DNA of 64,000 nt, taken from the NCBI GenBank assembly GCA_964016885.1, contig OZ024744.1:58590001-58654000 (forward strand). Direction: 5' to 3'. The stretch comes from Eledone cirrhosa (lineage: Eukaryota). The translations under genes were made by a program, and so were the position numbers. This document shows, piece after piece, positions 61,901-64,000 of this stretch. The notes beneath the pieces were generated by a model. It was not told the origin of the DNA and did not search any database. It saw nothing but the letters and a program-made list of their open reading frames with translations. Positions within the stretch are counted from its first letter, which is position 1. Every line of letters begins with the position of its first letter.

Positions 61901-62641
61901 GGCTATAGACAACTTCCTGAAATCCCTGGCCTGGCAGTGCTACCGTGGAGCTTTGCCAGTTCGGGATAAACTCTACAGGCATGGAGGTGCCGTCAGCCGG
62001 GCATGTCCGAGATGCGTGCAGGGCGACGAAACCGTCCTGCACGCACTCGTCCAGTGTCCGAGCATTGCGACTTGTGGGTTTATGTCGAACACCTGCTGTC
62101 ACGTGTAGGACGGATCCAGCTATCAGCTGAGTCCATCGTGAGCATTGCCCCGCCCTCTTCCTTTAGCCGGGAAGGGCAGGCAGTTTGTATCTGTCTGGTG
62201 GCCATGGCGAAAGAGATAGTATGGTGGACACGTTTGAAAGGGCTGAAGACGAGCACTTACCTCTTCGGTGATACCCTAAGTAACTTTTTCAAATTTCATT
62301 TGAAAAGGAAAATCAGGGTAGAGAGGGAAGTGCTCTCTTCCCACCATTTTGTTGAAAGATGGGTGAGAGAAGCAAGTATGGCCCGAGTGAATGGGCCTAC
62401 TCTGAGTATGTGTCTGTAAATTAAAGGTGGAAACTGGGAGAGGGCACTTGCCCTGGTGGTCAGGGCCACTGTGGTCTTTTAATGGGCTTTCTCCACAAAT
62501 GTCCCTCGGAAGTCTCCCCCCTATTGGGGAATTTTTCTTTGTTATTTTATTACATCCTCTGTTTTTTTTACACGCAGAAATGCCCATTTGTACCGTCCTG
62601 TATTGTCCTGTACTGTCTTTAATGTCTACTTTATGTAAACC

Positions 62642-62642
<1 letters not shown>
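58954..62642 (+). mobile_element. Tx1-like copy D, 5'-truncated in ORF1, ORF2 disrupted
   Basis: Divergent ORF1 end at 58954-59268. ORF2 runs 59265 to 62419 with frameshifts and deletions. (ATT)n on both sides. Confidence 0.92.
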
Positions 62643-62686
<44 letters not shown>

Positions 62687-62698
62687 GTTGTTGTTATT

Positions 62699-62980
62699 CC
62701 TTGAATCTCAGTCATTGATGTTGGTTAACTGGAAAGTCCGTTGGATTGAATATCAAGCCACTACCTGCAGCCTCAGATATTCAGGACGTATCGGAGGGTT
62801 CTTGCTGTTCCAAGCAAGCATGCCTTTTGAAGCGTTCCAAAAAGCGTGAAGGGGCCGATTTTCTTTAACCATCCCTGGAAACTTTTGGAGATAGTCCCCA
62901 GTGCGCCTATGACAATCGGGATCACTTTGACTTCATGGCAGTTCCAAATCCTTTTCACCTCCCACTTTAGGTCCTGGTAT
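62699..62980 (-). mobile_element. R4/Dong-like element 3' end (~280 bp), flanked by (TAA)n
   Basis: Near-identical to 63010-63290. Encodes VIPIVIGALG..LQKACLLGTARTLR. Confidence 0.88.
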
Positions 62981-63009
62981 TTATTATTATTATTATTATT
63001 GTTGTTATT

Positions 63010-64000
63010 CCTTGAATCTCAGTCATTGATGTTGGTTAACTGGAAAGTCCGTTGGATTGAATATCAAGCCACTACCTGCAGCCTCAGATATTCAGGACGT
63101 ATCGGAGGGTTCTTGCTGTTCCAAGCAAGCATGCCTTTTGAAGCGTTCCAAAAAGCGTGAAGGGGCCGATTTTCTTTAACCATCCCTGGAAACTTTTGGA
63201 GATAGTCCCCAGTGCGCCTATGACAATCGGGATCACTTTGACTTCATGGCAGTTCCAAATCTTTTCACCTCCCACTTTAGGTCCTGGTATCGGTTAATTT
63301 TCTCCCTCTCCTTCTCTTGCACTCTCGTGTCGAACGGGCAGGCCACATCCACAATCAGACACGATCTTTTTTCTTTGTCCACAACCACCAGGTCAGGTCT
63401 ATTGTGTTCCAGTTTTTTGTCCGTCTGTATCCTAAAATCCCACAGCACCTTCACCTGATTGTTCTCCATCACCGCCTCTGGCCTATGCTCATACCATTTC
63501 TCAGAATGTGGTAAATTGTTTACTTTGCACAGGTGCCAGTGGATCACCCTGCCCATCACATCGTGTCTCCAGCCCTTATAGTGGGTCTGGGCTAGGTGTT
63601 TACACTCGGACACAATGTGAGCCACAGTCTCCTCTCTCTCTCCACAGATCCTGCACAGTGGGCTAGCCTCCTCCTTGTAGATATGGTGCTTCAACCACTT
63701 CGTTTTGAGGGCCTGCTCCTGCGCAGCCATTAGCATTCCTTCTGTAGCCTTTTTGAGGTCTCCTCTTCTCAACCAGTTCCATGTCTGTGGATCTCTAAAT
63801 TCAGTTTTCTCAAAGAAGGTACTATGAAGGGATTTTCCCTTAAGGCTGCTCTTCCTCCTTGATGTTATTTCCTCCTTGGACATCCCCTGGCCTACTGTCC
63901 CCTCCTTCAGTACAGTTCTGAGCATTGGCTCCTTACTATAGGTCACGTATTTGTATAGGTTGTTTTTCTCCATCTGAACACAGTCCTCTATGCTGATAAG
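63010..64000 (-). mobile_element. R4/Dong-like RLE retrotransposon 3' part, continues beyond the window
   Basis: CRICG..ETVAHIVSEC, WRHD, HNRPDLVV, IVDVACP. Frameshift near 63260. Confidence 0.9.

Noticed and set aside
44103-62849. Antisense and alternate-frame ORFs over the LINEs
   Set aside because: Shadows of GC-rich or low-complexity LINE ORFs.

Overview
Eukaryotic, AT-rich, microsatellite-saturated window with no recognisable host gene. The SINE, RTE and microsatellite repertoire looks cephalopod/Octopus-like, which is an inference. Most listed ORFs are microsatellite artefacts or antisense shadows. Main content: (1) a >20 kb cluster (43.76-64 kb) in which four Tx1/L1-clade APE retrotransposons (one intact, ORF1+ORF2) and three R4/Dong-like RLE retrotransposons are each separated by (ATT/TAA)n. 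The two families lie on opposite strands and the array starts in a SINE tail. (2) A second R4/Dong-like family next to (CATA)n arrays that are the tails of a ~600 bp non-autonomous RTE derivative. (3) A Naiad-type Penelope-like element with inverted terminal repeats, each carrying a hammerhead ribozyme. (4) About a dozen further type I hammerhead motifs (complete, degenerate or half) from unrelated short elements, mostly bounded by (TA)n, some fold-back and some partially tandem (retrozyme-like). (5) An 11-unit 104/109 bp minisatellite formed inside a LINE RT region. (6) A non-autonomous Helitron and many tRNA-derived SINEs. All RNA structures were read by eye, and element boundaries are approximate unless junctions are quoted.
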